DNA of 64,000 nucleotides. Origin: an uncultured bacterium. GTDB taxonomy: Bacteria > Zhuqueibacterota > QNDG01 > DTFT01. Positions 19,783 to 29,527 of this stretch are shown piece by piece. Position 1 is the stretch's first letter, and each line of letters starts with the position of its first letter. The translations under genes and the position numbers were made by a program. Under the pieces are notes generated by a model. The model did not search any database and was not told the DNA's origin. It saw only the letters and a program-made list of their open reading frames with translations. The stretch spans positions 1 to 64,000 of the forward strand of contig CAVTNR010000028.1 in the NCBI GenBank assembly GCA_963736115.1, given 5' to 3'.

Positions 19783-20417
19783 AAGTCTCCCTCGATCGCG
19801 GCCTTCATTGCTTTCACCGCCCCGCGGATGTCTTTTTGCCCCAAAAATGCCGAGACCGCGGCGATGCCGTCCGCGCCGAACCGGAGCGCCTCTCCTGCGT
19901 TGCCGGAATGGATGCCGCCGATCGCCACAAGCGGCCGGGTTGTGCGGGGCCTCAATTCACGCAGCAGTCCGGGACCGGGAACCCGCTCCACGGATTTGGT
20001 CCCGGTCGGGAAGCAGGCGCCGACTCCGTAATAATCCGCGTCCGGAACGGCCTCGAACTCCTCAACCGAGGACACGGAGAAGCCGATGCACAGATCCGGC
20101 GCGAGTCTGCGGATCCGATCCGCAGGCATGTCCGTCCATCCGACATGGATGCCGTCCGCTCCGCACGCCAGCGCAACGTCGAGCCTGTCATTCACGATCA
20201 GCGGAACGCCCGCGGCAGCGGTTGCATCCCGGAGGATGTCCGCAATTTCTATCATCTCACGAATCCCCGACACTTTATCGCGGTACTGAATCACGGTTGC
20301 GCCGCCTTCAATGAGAGCCGCGGCCAGAGATCCAGGCGTCCGTCCGTCGAACCATTCCCGGTCCAGAACGGCCATCAACCGGAACCGGGAGACGTCCGGA
20401 GATCTGAAAAGCACCAT
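19779..20417 (-). CDS. thiE: Thiamine-phosphate synthase
   Basis: QYRDK, IVNDRLDVA, DGIHVG..D, FPTGTK, VAIGGI. Confidence 0.93.
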   Translation of the reverse strand: MVLFRSPDVSRFRLMAVLDREWFDGRTPGSLAAALIEGGATVIQYRDKVSGIREMIEIADILRDATAAAGVPLIVNDRLDVALACGADGIHVGWTDMPADRIRRLAPDLCIGFSVSSVEEFEAVPDADYYGVGACFPTGTKSVERVPGPGLLRELRPRTTRPLVAIGGIHSGNAGEALRFGADGIAAVSAFLGQKDIRGAVKAMKAAIEGDF

Positions 20418-20935
20418 CAGTATTCAATGCCGGACCGCGCCGGCATTCCTTTCCCGTAAGGATGCTTGACCGCGATCATCTCAGTGACCAGATCCGCCGC
20501 GGCGATGAGCGCCGCTGTGGCGCCCCGGCCGGTCAGGACCAGTTCAACGGATTCCGGCCGGGTTCGGATGAGGCCTAGCACTTTCTCTTCCTCAATCAAA
20601 CCGAGGGATACGGCCTGCAGAATTTCGTCCAGGATGATCATGTCCCACTCCTCCCCCATGCGCTTTTCCACCGCCATCAAGCCCAGTGCGGCGCATTCCC
20701 GGTCCGCCCGATCCGGAGGAACGGACCGGACGAAAGCCCTGCCGCCGAACTGCATGGATTCGAATCCGGGTAGTCCGAGACGAACGCCGGTTTCGCCGGA
20801 TCCTCCAGGCGGCTTGAGGAACTGGATCAGGAGGACTTTCCATCCCCGGCCCAGAGCGCGCAGCGCCAGCCCCATCGCGGCCGTGGTCTTTCCCTTTCCG
20901 TCCCCGGTGTAAATTTGTACGCACTTTCCCTGCAT
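20417..20935 (-). CDS. cobO: Cob(I)alamin adenosyltransferase (CobA/CobO/BtuR family)
   Basis: YTGDGKGKTTAAMG, IQFLK, ILDEI, ELVLTGR, KHPY..GIEY. Confidence 0.93.
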   Translation of the reverse strand: MQGKCVQIYTGDGKGKTTAAMGLALRALGRGWKVLLIQFLKPPGGSGETGVRLGLPGFESMQFGGRAFVRSVPPDRADRECAALGLMAVEKRMGEEWDMIILDEILQAVSLGLIEEEKVLGLIRTRPESVELVLTGRGATAALIAAADLVTEMIAVKHPYGKGMPARSGIEY

Positions 20936-20974
20936 GACGATGTCCCCAGTCGAACGCCCGTTTCCGTGCGCGGC

Positions 20975-21928
20975 TCAAGAGCCGTTTCGGGAGGAGCCGG
21001 CTTTCAGCATGCGGTGTGAGGCCATGCGTGCCGCCATGACGATGGAATAGAATTTGGTGTCGTCGTCGTCGGCCCTGGACGAAAGCACCACCGGCGCAAG
21101 CGTCCCCACGAGAATGGAGGCGCTTTTACCGTGCGCCAGAATGGTGACGGATTTGTAGAAGGTGTTGGCGGTTTCGATGTTGGGGAACAGAAGGATGTCC
21201 GCTTCTCCGTTGATGGGGCTGTCCAAACCCTTGATGCGGCAGTTCTCCTCGGACAGGGCCACATCCAGGGCCAGGGGACCGTCGACTATCGCGCCGCGGA
21301 TCTGTTTCCGTTCGGCCATGGCCTTGATCACGGCCGCGTCAATGGACGATTGAAGCTTGAAATTGATTTTCTCCGCCGCCGAGACCAGGGCCGCCTTCGG
21401 ATTTTCGATGCCCAGCGAATGCGCGACTTCAATGGCGTAGTTCAGGATCTGGACTTTTTCGTCCATGGTCGGATTCGGAAGGATGGCCGCGTCCGTGACC
21501 AGCAGAAGCTTGGGATAGGTCGGCATTTCCATCACGGCGACGTGGCTGAGCAGGCCGCCCTTCGGGAGCAATCCGATTTCCTTGTCCAAAACCGCCTTCA
21601 TGAACACGTCGGTGGGGATCAGCCCTTTCATCACGAGATCGGCTTTGCCGTCCCGGACGAGCTGCACCGCGGTCCGTGCGGTCAGGGTCTCGTCCTCGGT
21701 GTTCACAATCTTCACGCTTTTCGTGAAAGCAGGGTCGAGATCCCGGGTGATCCGCTCCAGTTTCTCCCGGACCCCGACCAGTATCACCTGGATGAGACCG
21801 TCGAGAGCGCCCCGCACGACGGCGCGAACCGTCGCCGGATCCCCGTCTCCGGAGGCGACAGCCATCGTCATCCGGGGACCGCCCTTGACGGCTTCTTCCA
21901 GCATGACGAGTTTACGGATGGGTTCCAT
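20975..21928 (-). CDS. ptb: Phosphate butyryltransferase / phosphate acyltransferase
   Basis: DLVMKG, LLSHVAV, DGPLALDVA, PNIETAN, LSSRAD. Confidence 0.9.
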   Translation of the reverse strand: MEPIRKLVMLEEAVKGGPRMTMAVASGDGDPATVRAVVRGALDGLIQVILVGVREKLERITRDLDPAFTKSVKIVNTEDETLTARTAVQLVRDGKADLVMKGLIPTDVFMKAVLDKEIGLLPKGGLLSHVAVMEMPTYPKLLLVTDAAILPNPTMDEKVQILNYAIEVAHSLGIENPKAALVSAAEKINFKLQSSIDAAVIKAMAERKQIRGAIVDGPLALDVALSEENCRIKGLDSPINGEADILLFPNIETANTFYKSVTILAHGKSASILVGTLAPVVLSSRADDDDTKFYSIVMAARMASHRMLKAGSSRNGS

Positions 21929-21945
21929 GCGAGCGCCTTTCCCTG

Positions 21946-23037
21946 TTATCGCCCCGAAGCCGTATACGATCCGGGCTTTTCTTCACCTCTGAGAATGCGA
22001 AGCCCACCCAGCGCCAGCGACTCCATCTCTTTTTCGCCGGGTAGCACAAAAACGGGCGCAATCCACCGGACCCGTGCCAGTATAGCCTCCGTGAAGGCGG
22101 CCGAGGCGGCCAGTCCTCCCGTGAGCACCAGGGCGTCCACGCGTCCCTCCAGTACTACGGCCATGGCCCCGATCTGCTTGGCCGTCTGATATGCCATGGC
22201 GTCCCGAACCAGAGCGGCGGTCCGATCTCCGGATGCGATTCTGCGCTCGACTTCCACCAGATCGTTCGTCCCCAGGTGGGCCACCATGCCGCCCTGACCC
22301 GTCAGCTTCCGGCGGACTTCGGAAAGCGTTGCTTTTCCGGAACAGCACCAGTCCGCAAGCTGGCCGGAGGGAAGGCCGCCGGACCGCTCGGGCGAGAAGG
22401 GCCCATCGCCGTCCAGCGCGTTGTTGACATCCACCACACGGCCCTCCCGGTGCGCGCCGACGGAAATGCCTCCGCCGAGATGCGCCACGACCAGCCGGAG
22501 GGATTCCGCGGGACGCTTGAGGCGCCGTCCGGCTTCACGGGCGACGGCTTTCTGGTTGAGCGCGTGGAAAATGGAGCGTCTGCGGAATTCGGGCAGTCCC
22601 GTCAGGCGGGCCACCTCGTCCAGTTCGTCCACCACAACCGGGTCCACGATGTATGCGGGAATGCCGGCCTGATCCGCGACCGCGCGGGCGATCAGACCTC
22701 CGAGATTGGAGGCATGCTCTCCCTCTGCCGCGGTTCGGAGATCCTCCGTCATCCGGTCATCCACGGCATAGGTCCCGCCTTCCAGCGGCCTGAGCAGACC
22801 GCCCCGGCCGACGACGGCGTCCAGAGACTCGTGCAGGATGTCCCGTTCGGTCATGAACGTCTGGACGGCTCCAAGCCGGAACGGGAGCTGGTCCGCGATT
22901 CGAGTAAAACGGCTGAGCTGATCCGCTGGATGAACGAGGGAACAGGATTCCCTCTGGGCCTCGTTCTCGAAAAGCGCGATCTTGGTGGACGTCGAGCCCG
23001 GGTTGACGACCAGGATGCGGAAGGAACCGCGGCTCAT
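21946..23037 (-). CDS. buk: Butyrate kinase (canonical motifs)
   Basis: NPGSTSTK, RGGLLRP..GGTY, EHASNLG, SIFHALNQKA, GPFSPERSG. Start trimmed to ATG 23037 (ATGA overlap). Confidence 0.95.
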   Translation of the reverse strand: MSRGSFRILVVNPGSTSTKIALFENEAQRESCSLVHPADQLSRFTRIADQLPFRLGAVQTFMTERDILHESLDAVVGRGGLLRPLEGGTYAVDDRMTEDLRTAAEGEHASNLGGLIARAVADQAGIPAYIVDPVVVDELDEVARLTGLPEFRRRSIFHALNQKAVAREAGRRLKRPAESLRLVVAHLGGGISVGAHREGRVVDVNNALDGDGPFSPERSGGLPSGQLADWCCSGKATLSEVRRKLTGQGGMVAHLGTNDLVEVERRIASGDRTAALVRDAMAYQTAKQIGAMAVVLEGRVDALVLTGGLAASAAFTEAILARVRWIAPVFVLPGEKEMESLALGGLRILRGEEKPGSYTASGR

Positions 23038-24107
23038 GATTGCTCGTATGATTTGACCTGTTCCTCGCTGCGCAGCACACGGAGCGCGCCTTGCGCGAGC
23101 GCCTCCATTTCGAACTCGCCGGGTAGGACGAAAAAGGATCCCAGAATGCCGACCCGCTCCTGAATCCAGCCTGTCAGCATCGTGCTCCGGGCGAGACCGC
23201 CGGTCAGCACCACGCCGTCCAGCATGCATTTCAGAACCGTGGCCATGGCCCCAATTTCCTTGGCGATCTGATACGCCATGGCACGGTACACGCGTTCGGC
23301 CCGGCTGTCGCCCGCGGAGATGCGTTTTTCAATCTCCACGGCGTCGCTGGTTCCGAGATGCGCGGCAAGACCGCCGCAGCCCACGATTTTCTTCCGCATT
23401 TCCGCGTGCGTGAACCTTCCCGAAAAACACAGATCGGTCAGGGAATAGACGGGCAGGGTTCCGGACCGTTCGGGCGAGAAGGGCCCTTCTTCGACGGCAT
23501 TGTTGACGTCGATGATGAAACCGTCCTTCAGCGCGCACACCGAAATGCCCCCGCCCAGATGGGCGACCACCATGCGGAGCTGGGAGAGGTCCTTTCGGAG
23601 TTGGACGGCCACTTTGCGGCCTGCGGCCTTGATGTTGAGGGCGTGAACCAGGCTCCTGCGCTCCAGTTCCGGCATGCCGGTCGGCCGGGCGTGTGGCTCC
23701 ATCTCGTCCACGGATACGGGATCGACGAAAAACGCGGGGATTTCCGTTCCCTGCACCAGACGGTCGGCGAGGCAGACGCCCAGCAGCGACGCGTGATTGA
23801 ACTGAACCCGGCCCTGCAGCACGTCGCCCACGACGGTCGGCGTGACGCGGTAGGTGCCTCCTTGCAGGGGCTTGAAAGGGCCGCCCCGGCTGGAGACCGC
23901 GGACAGGGATCCGATTTCAACGCCGCGACGCCTGAGCAGTTCGGCCAGGTCCCGGAAACGCAGATCCATCTGATCCGTCGGTCTCAGGAAGGAAGCCAGG
24001 CTTTCCGACGGATAGGTGATGGTCTCGCTCCATACCGGAGTCTCGTCTTCGTAAAGAGCGACCTTGGTGGTCGTGGATCCCGGATTGACGACCAGAATTC
24101 GCGTCAT
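23034..24107 (-). CDS. buk: Butyrate kinase family protein (divergent paralog)
   Basis: NPGSTTTK, RGGPFKP..GGTY, NHASLLG, SLVHALNIKA, GPFSPERSG. Confidence 0.9.
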   Translation of the reverse strand: MTRILVVNPGSTTTKVALYEDETPVWSETITYPSESLASFLRPTDQMDLRFRDLAELLRRRGVEIGSLSAVSSRGGPFKPLQGGTYRVTPTVVGDVLQGRVQFNHASLLGVCLADRLVQGTEIPAFFVDPVSVDEMEPHARPTGMPELERRSLVHALNIKAAGRKVAVQLRKDLSQLRMVVAHLGGGISVCALKDGFIIDVNNAVEEGPFSPERSGTLPVYSLTDLCFSGRFTHAEMRKKIVGCGGLAAHLGTSDAVEIEKRISAGDSRAERVYRAMAYQIAKEIGAMATVLKCMLDGVVLTGGLARSTMLTGWIQERVGILGSFFVLPGEFEMEALAQGALRVLRSEEQVKSYEQS

Positions 24108-24700
24108 GCATCCTCCCCGTTCGCCGTGGTTTCAGCGCCGGCACGGAACGCCTCGCAATTGATGTCAACGGTTCCGGCCGGCACCCGGCCTTCGATGGCC
24201 TGCATCCAGGCGGTTTCCGGAATGTCGAGACAGCCGGAAAGCGCGCCGAGTAGGACCGTGTTTTCGACACGCGGATTCCCGAGCCGCCGGGCGGCTGCTT
24301 CCGCGTCGATGGAGATGACGCGTCCCGTCCTGGCGCGCACGGATGCGACCGGATCATCCGGATACCCCGGTCCTCTGCGGAACAGCGCGACCGGAGGAAC
24401 GAGACGTCTGCGGTTGACCACGGCCGTTCCGTCCGCTTTGAGGAAGTGAACCCAGCGGAGTGCTTCCGCCTGTTCGAAGGCCAGCAGGGCGTCGGCCTGT
24501 CCGTCTGGAATCAGCGGAGAGCGGACCTGGCCGGAAATCCGGACATGGCTGGATACGGAACCGCCCCGCTGGGCCATGCCGTGCACTTCGCTTTTTTTCA
24601 CGTCGAAGCCCGCGCGGAGCGCCGCGTCCGACAGCAGTTCGGACGCCAGCAGGACGCCCTGTCCTCCAACGCCCACGATCAGGACGTTCATGGATCTCAT
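24104..24700 (-). CDS. iorB: Indolepyruvate:ferredoxin oxidoreductase beta subunit
   Basis: GVGGQGVLLAS, SEVHGMAQRGGSVSSHVR; start at ATG 24700 overlapping the iorA stop. Confidence 0.93.
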   Translation of the reverse strand: MRSMNVLIVGVGGQGVLLASELLSDAALRAGFDVKKSEVHGMAQRGGSVSSHVRISGQVRSPLIPDGQADALLAFEQAEALRWVHFLKADGTAVVNRRRLVPPVALFRRGPGYPDDPVASVRARTGRVISIDAEAAARRLGNPRVENTVLLGALSGCLDIPETAWMQAIEGRVPAGTVDINCEAFRAGAETTANGEDA

Positions 24701-26484
24701 TTTCCGCTCCCTTCCGGTTCCCGCACAATCGCCTGCACCGGGCAGACTTGGCTGCAGACACTGCAGCCGGTGCACAGGGTCCGGTCGATGAGGGACTGGC
24801 TCAAACCCTTTTCAGTGCGGTTTTCCGATTCGCCGATTGCGGGACAGCCGACCTTGAAGCAGGTGTGGCAGCCGATGCAGGCGTCCGGTTTCACGCGGAA
24901 CGGCGGCCGCAGGACGGTTTTGCGGATTTCAGGCGGGTAAAGCGTGCAGGGCCGGTTGGTGATCAGGACGGAAAGTTCACCCGATTCGAGCGCCTCTCCC
25001 AGAACCTGCCCGGTCTGATTCAGGTCGTACGGATCGATGACGCGGATGCGTTCCACACCGAGAGCCGCGCAGATTTTCGCCAGTTCCACGGGTTTGGCCG
25101 CGGCGCCGGAAAGGGTTTTTCCGGTTCCGGGCTGGTGCTGGCCGCCCGTCATGGCGGTGATGCTGTTGTCCAGAAGAATGACCGTGATGCCGGCGCCGTC
25201 ATGCACCGCATTGAGAAGCCCGGTCATGCCTGAATGCAGAAAAGTGGAGTCCCCGATTGTCGCCACAATACCTTTTCCGCCGCCCCGGGCCTTGGCGACG
25301 CCGACGGCCACGCCGATGGACGCGCCCATTTCCACGCAGATGTCCCCCACGCCGATCGGCGGATAGACGGACAGCGTATAGCAGCCGATGTCAGTCGCGA
25401 CGAGCGCCTTGAACTTTTTGAGCGCGACGAACAGGCCCCGGTGCGGGCACCCGGGACAGAATACCGGCGGCCGGGCCAGCACTTCCACCGGTGCCGGCGG
25501 CTCCGGCCCCGGTTCCAGGACGCCGGCCCGGACGAATCCCGTGCGTACCACATCCGGGGAAAACTCCCCCAGACCGGGCCACCATTTCTTGCCCTCGCAG
25601 GGGATTCCGGCCGCGAGGATCTGTTCCTCGATGAAGGGCTCCAGTTCCTCCACAACGAACAGCCGGCCGACGGATGCGGCAAACCTGCGGATGCGTTCGA
25701 TCGGAATCGGGTAAGAGAGGCCGAGCTTGAAAACCGAAGCATTCGGAAACGTTTCACGGACATACTGATAGGAAATTCCGGAGGTGATCACGCCCACGTC
25801 CTTTTGTCCAGGTTCCTCCCGGTTGAGGGGAGAGGATTCGGAGAACGCGCGCAGTTTTTCGAGGCGTTCGGAGGTCCAGACGCGCTGAAGCCTCGCGTGA
25901 TTCGGAAGAACCACGAATTTCCGGGGGTCGGGCTGGAATCCCTTCACCGAATAGGCGCGCCGCTCTCCAAACTCGACCACACCCTTGGCGTGGCAGACGC
26001 GGGTGGTCATCCGGAGCATGACAGGGACGTCGAAGGAGATGCTGATCTCCAGGCCGTGTCCGACGAAATCCTTGGATTCCTGGCTGTCGGAAGGCTCGAG
26101 GCAGGGGTAGCCCGCGAAACGCGCATACAGCCGGTTGTCCTGCTCATTCTGCGAAGAGTGCATTCCGGGATCGTCCGCGCTGACTACGACGAGTCCTCCC
26201 GGAGCGCCGACCAGGGAAACGGACATGAAGGGGTCCGCGGCCACATTCAGGCCGACATGCTTCATGGCCGTGAGCGCGCGGGCCCCGGCGAAAGATGCGC
26301 CCATGGCGACTTCGAATGCCACTTTTTCGTTCGGGCACCATTCACCGGCTATTTCCGGATACCGAGACGCGATTTCTTCAAGAATTTCAGTGCTGGGCGT
26401 GCCCGGATACGCCGTCGCCACATGCAATCCGAATTCGTGGCATCCGCGGGCGACCGCTTCATTTCCGGACAACAGGACCTTCAT
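24697..26484 (-). CDS. iorA: Indolepyruvate:ferredoxin oxidoreductase alpha subunit
   Basis: LLSGNEAVARG, YPGTPSTEI, MHSSQNEQD, CPGCPHR, GDSTFLHSG TPP motif, C-terminal 2x[4Fe-4S]; start trimmed to MKVLLSG. Confidence 0.95.
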   Translation of the reverse strand: MKVLLSGNEAVARGCHEFGLHVATAYPGTPSTEILEEIASRYPEIAGEWCPNEKVAFEVAMGASFAGARALTAMKHVGLNVAADPFMSVSLVGAPGGLVVVSADDPGMHSSQNEQDNRLYARFAGYPCLEPSDSQESKDFVGHGLEISISFDVPVMLRMTTRVCHAKGVVEFGERRAYSVKGFQPDPRKFVVLPNHARLQRVWTSERLEKLRAFSESSPLNREEPGQKDVGVITSGISYQYVRETFPNASVFKLGLSYPIPIERIRRFAASVGRLFVVEELEPFIEEQILAAGIPCEGKKWWPGLGEFSPDVVRTGFVRAGVLEPGPEPPAPVEVLARPPVFCPGCPHRGLFVALKKFKALVATDIGCYTLSVYPPIGVGDICVEMGASIGVAVGVAKARGGGKGIVATIGDSTFLHSGMTGLLNAVHDGAGITVILLDNSITAMTGGQHQPGTGKTLSGAAAKPVELAKICAALGVERIRVIDPYDLNQTGQVLGEALESGELSVLITNRPCTLYPPEIRKTVLRPPFRVKPDACIGCHTCFKVGCPAIGESENRTEKGLSQSLIDRTLCTGCSVCSQVCPVQAIVREPEGSGK

Positions 26485-26581
26485 TTGGATTCCTCTGTAG
26501 GGTAAACCCTGAACGCCGCGGGACTCGGCACTCCCTGGGGACAACCCCCGAGCCCCGTTCGGCGCGGACGAAATGCGCTGC

Positions 26582-27511
26582 TCAGACCCCGGAAGCCTTT
26601 CCGAAAGCCTGTTCCAGCTTGATCAGCCGCTGCCAGTCGCGGTCCACCCGGGATTGGATGAATTGAACATCTTCCTCGCGAAGGTGATGAAAGCGGCCCT
26701 GCATTTTCAGGTATTCCGAAACCGGCTTTGGGTTCGGATTTCTCCGGTTGATGTTATAGAAGCCCTCCTCCACCTCGTAGATGGGGAAAACATTGCATTC
26801 GGTGGCCATGCGGGCGATTTTCACGGTGAGACCGGGGGCGTGCTTCCAGCCCGTCGGGCAGGGCGCGTAGACATGCAGAAAACGCATCCCCCGGAGGGAC
26901 CGCGCCTTCTGCAGTTTCTTCACCAGGTCTTCGGGATAGGCGATGTTGGCCGTGGCCGCATAGGGGATTGAATGCGCGACCATGATTTCCATGATGTTCT
27001 TCTTCGGACCTTTCTTGAACTGAAGGGTCGGCGTGGTCGTGGTCCAGGCGCCGTGCGGCGTGGCCGAGGACCGCTGGATGCCGGTGTTCATGTAGGCTTC
27101 ATTGTCGTAGACCACGTAGATCATGTTGTCGTTGCGTTCGGCCGCCCCCGAAAGCGCCTGGAGCCCGATGTCGAAAGTGCCCCCGTCCCCGGCCCACGCC
27201 ACGGTCGTGACTTCGTCCCGGCCGAGACGGGACAGGGCATGCGTGATCCCGGCAGCCGTGGAGGCGGCGGTTTCGAATGCGCAGTGAAAAACGGGCACTC
27301 CGGCCGCGGAATACGGGAAAGGGCCGTCGATCACCGCCCAGCAGCAGGCCGGAATGGACAGGATGGTGTTCCGTCCCAGCGCCTTGAGCGCGTACCGCAT
27401 GGCCATGGCCGCGCCGCATCCCTGGCAAGCCAGATGTCCGGGAGAGAGGATTTCCTCCTCGGGCAGGGTGAGCCGGAAAGGCGTTTTTTCCCGGGTTTCA
27501 GAAGCATTCAT
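26582..27511 (-). CDS. porB: 2-oxoacid (pyruvate/2-ketoisovalerate):ferredoxin oxidoreductase beta subunit
   Basis: GHLACQGCG, GDGGTFDIG, DNEAYMNTGIQRS, PCPTGW. Confidence 0.9.
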   Translation of the reverse strand: MNASETREKTPFRLTLPEEEILSPGHLACQGCGAAMAMRYALKALGRNTILSIPACCWAVIDGPFPYSAAGVPVFHCAFETAASTAAGITHALSRLGRDEVTTVAWAGDGGTFDIGLQALSGAAERNDNMIYVVYDNEAYMNTGIQRSSATPHGAWTTTTPTLQFKKGPKKNIMEIMVAHSIPYAATANIAYPEDLVKKLQKARSLRGMRFLHVYAPCPTGWKHAPGLTVKIARMATECNVFPIYEVEEGFYNINRRNPNPKPVSEYLKMQGRFHHLREEDVQFIQSRVDRDWQRLIKLEQAFGKASGV

Positions 27512-28656
27512 GGTTTGACTCCAATCCAGACGAGCGGCGAGGGCTTCCCATCGCGCAGTTGCAGGAACATGGATTCCAGATCGGCCACGGACACGTCACG
27601 GCCTCCCAGGCCGGCGATGAAACCGGTCAGAGCGGGAGTCGCGCCGGACAGAACCGACCGTGTTTCCGTGTAAAACGGACCCGCCTGACCGTAGGAGATC
27701 GCCCGGTCCACCACACCCGCGGCCGCCGCGCGGCCGAGAATCCGGACCACGTCTTCGGCGGGAAACGGACGGAAATAGCGGATTTTCAGAACGCCGGCCC
27801 GAAATCCCTTCTCCCGAAGCCGGTCGGCCGCGACCTTGGCCGTTCCCGCGATGGTGCCGTAGGTGATGAGCACGAATTCCGCGTCTTCGCACAAGTAGGC
27901 TTCCGTCAGACCATAGGATCGGCCGAATACGGATCCGAATTCCCTTCCGGTTTCCGTGATCGCCTGTCTGGCGGCCTCGTGGGCCTTCTGAATTTTATAC
28001 GAGAATTCATAGTAGTAATCCGGAGAGGTGAGCGCGCCGAAAGAGCGGGGGTCCCCGACGTCGAGCTTGACGGCCGGCCGGTACGGCGGAAGAAAAGCGT
28101 CGATCCGTTCCGCGTCGTACAGATCCACCACCTGGGACGTATGGGACAGGAAAAATGCGTCCAGGTTCACCAGGGTCGGAAGCAGGATCTCCGCGCGCTC
28201 TCCGATCCGGTATGCCATCAGAATGGAGTCGAAAACTTCCTGATTGTCCTCACAGAAGATCTGCATCCAGCCCGTGTCGCGCTCGGAAATCGCGTCCGTG
28301 GCGTCGGCCCAGATGGACCAACCCGGAGCCATGGCGCGGTTGACATTGGCGAGTACAATGGGTAGGCGCGCCCGACTGGTCCAGTGAATCAGTTCGTGCA
28401 TGAGCGCGAGCCCCTGTGACGAAGTCGCGGTGAACGTGCGCGCGCCCGCGGCCTGCGCGCCGATGCAGGCGGCCAGGGCGGAATGTTCGGATTCGACCTT
28501 GATGAAATCGGCCGCCAGTTCGCCCCGGGCCACGAGTTCGGAGAGAATCTCCACGATGGTGGTCTGGGGCGTGATCGGGTAGGCGGAAATGACCTGAACA
28601 CGGGCCGCGACCGCGGCATAGGCGGCCGCGAAGTTGCCGGTGAGGACTTTCTTCAT
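27508..28656 (-). CDS. porA: 2-oxoacid:ferredoxin oxidoreductase alpha subunit
   Basis: AYPITPQT, ESEHSA, TATSSQGLALMHE, GLGGRD. Confidence 0.9.
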   Translation of the reverse strand: MKKVLTGNFAAAYAAVAARVQVISAYPITPQTTIVEILSELVARGELAADFIKVESEHSALAACIGAQAAGARTFTATSSQGLALMHELIHWTSRARLPIVLANVNRAMAPGWSIWADATDAISERDTGWMQIFCEDNQEVFDSILMAYRIGERAEILLPTLVNLDAFFLSHTSQVVDLYDAERIDAFLPPYRPAVKLDVGDPRSFGALTSPDYYYEFSYKIQKAHEAARQAITETGREFGSVFGRSYGLTEAYLCEDAEFVLITYGTIAGTAKVAADRLREKGFRAGVLKIRYFRPFPAEDVVRILGRAAAAGVVDRAISYGQAGPFYTETRSVLSGATPALTGFIAGLGGRDVSVADLESMFLQLRDGKPSPLVWIGVKP

Positions 28657-28663
28657 GGGGCCC

Positions 28664-28963
28664 CTACTTCCCTTCCTTCTCTGAGTCGATGGCGTCGAAC
28701 GGGCATTCCGCGATGCAGATGCCGCACCCCTTGCAGTAATCCAGATCCACCACGGGCGGGTCGCCCGGCCGGATCGCCGGTTCGGGGCAGACTTTCCAGC
28801 AGATCATACATCGTTTGCAGCGTTCCTCGATGATCACGGGCCGGATCGAACGCCACGAGGCGGTCTTGTTGCTCCTCATGGAGCCCAGAGAAACAGGCGT
28901 GTCCGGAAGATCGCCGCTTTTTTCGATAGCGACGGTTCCGTCCTTTCGGATTTTCGGCTTCAT
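28664..28963 (-). CDS. porD: 2-oxoacid:ferredoxin oxidoreductase delta subunit (2x[4Fe-4S])
   Basis: KTASWRSIRPV, CKRCMICWKVCP, DYCKGCGICIAECP. Confidence 0.9.
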   Translation of the reverse strand: MKPKIRKDGTVAIEKSGDLPDTPVSLGSMRSNKTASWRSIRPVIIEERCKRCMICWKVCPEPAIRPGDPPVVDLDYCKGCGICIAECPFDAIDSEKEGK

Positions 28964-28972
28964 GACGTCTCC

Positions 28973-29527
28973 CTATCCGTGCAGCTGGTCGTAAGCGTCC
29001 CGTGCGGCCTGCGCGTTCAGATCCGGTTTGTGCGGAATCTTCTCCCGTATGGCGTCCATCACGGAGTCAATGGAAACCACTCCGGTGGCGCGGGCGACGG
29101 CGCCGAGGATGGTGGTGTTCACGATCGGCGCTTCTGGAGTCCCGAGGCCGTAACGCAGGGCGATGGAGGAACAATCCACGGTGGCAATCTTGACGTCCGG
29201 GATTCCCTTCACTGGAAAAGCCGTCCGGTCCAGCGTCGTGTTGATGACGATCGTGCCGCGGGGTTTCAGTCCATCCGTCAGGGGGACGGCGGTCATAAGA
29301 CCGGGGTCCAAAACCACCAGGACGTCCGGCTCGTAGATGAAGCAATGAATCCGGATAACATCGTCCGAAATGCGGGTGTACGCCGTGACCGGGGCGCCGC
29401 GGCGCTCGACGCCGAAAAACGGGAAGGCCTGAACCTGCTTGCCTTCCCGGAAAGCGGCCATGGCCAGTATATCCGAGCCCTTGACCGCACCCTGGCCCCC
29501 GCGGCCGTGAAAACGGATTTCAATCAT
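28973..29527 (-). CDS. porC: 2-oxoacid:ferredoxin oxidoreductase gamma subunit
   Basis: [24 protein letters not shown]. Confidence 0.9.
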
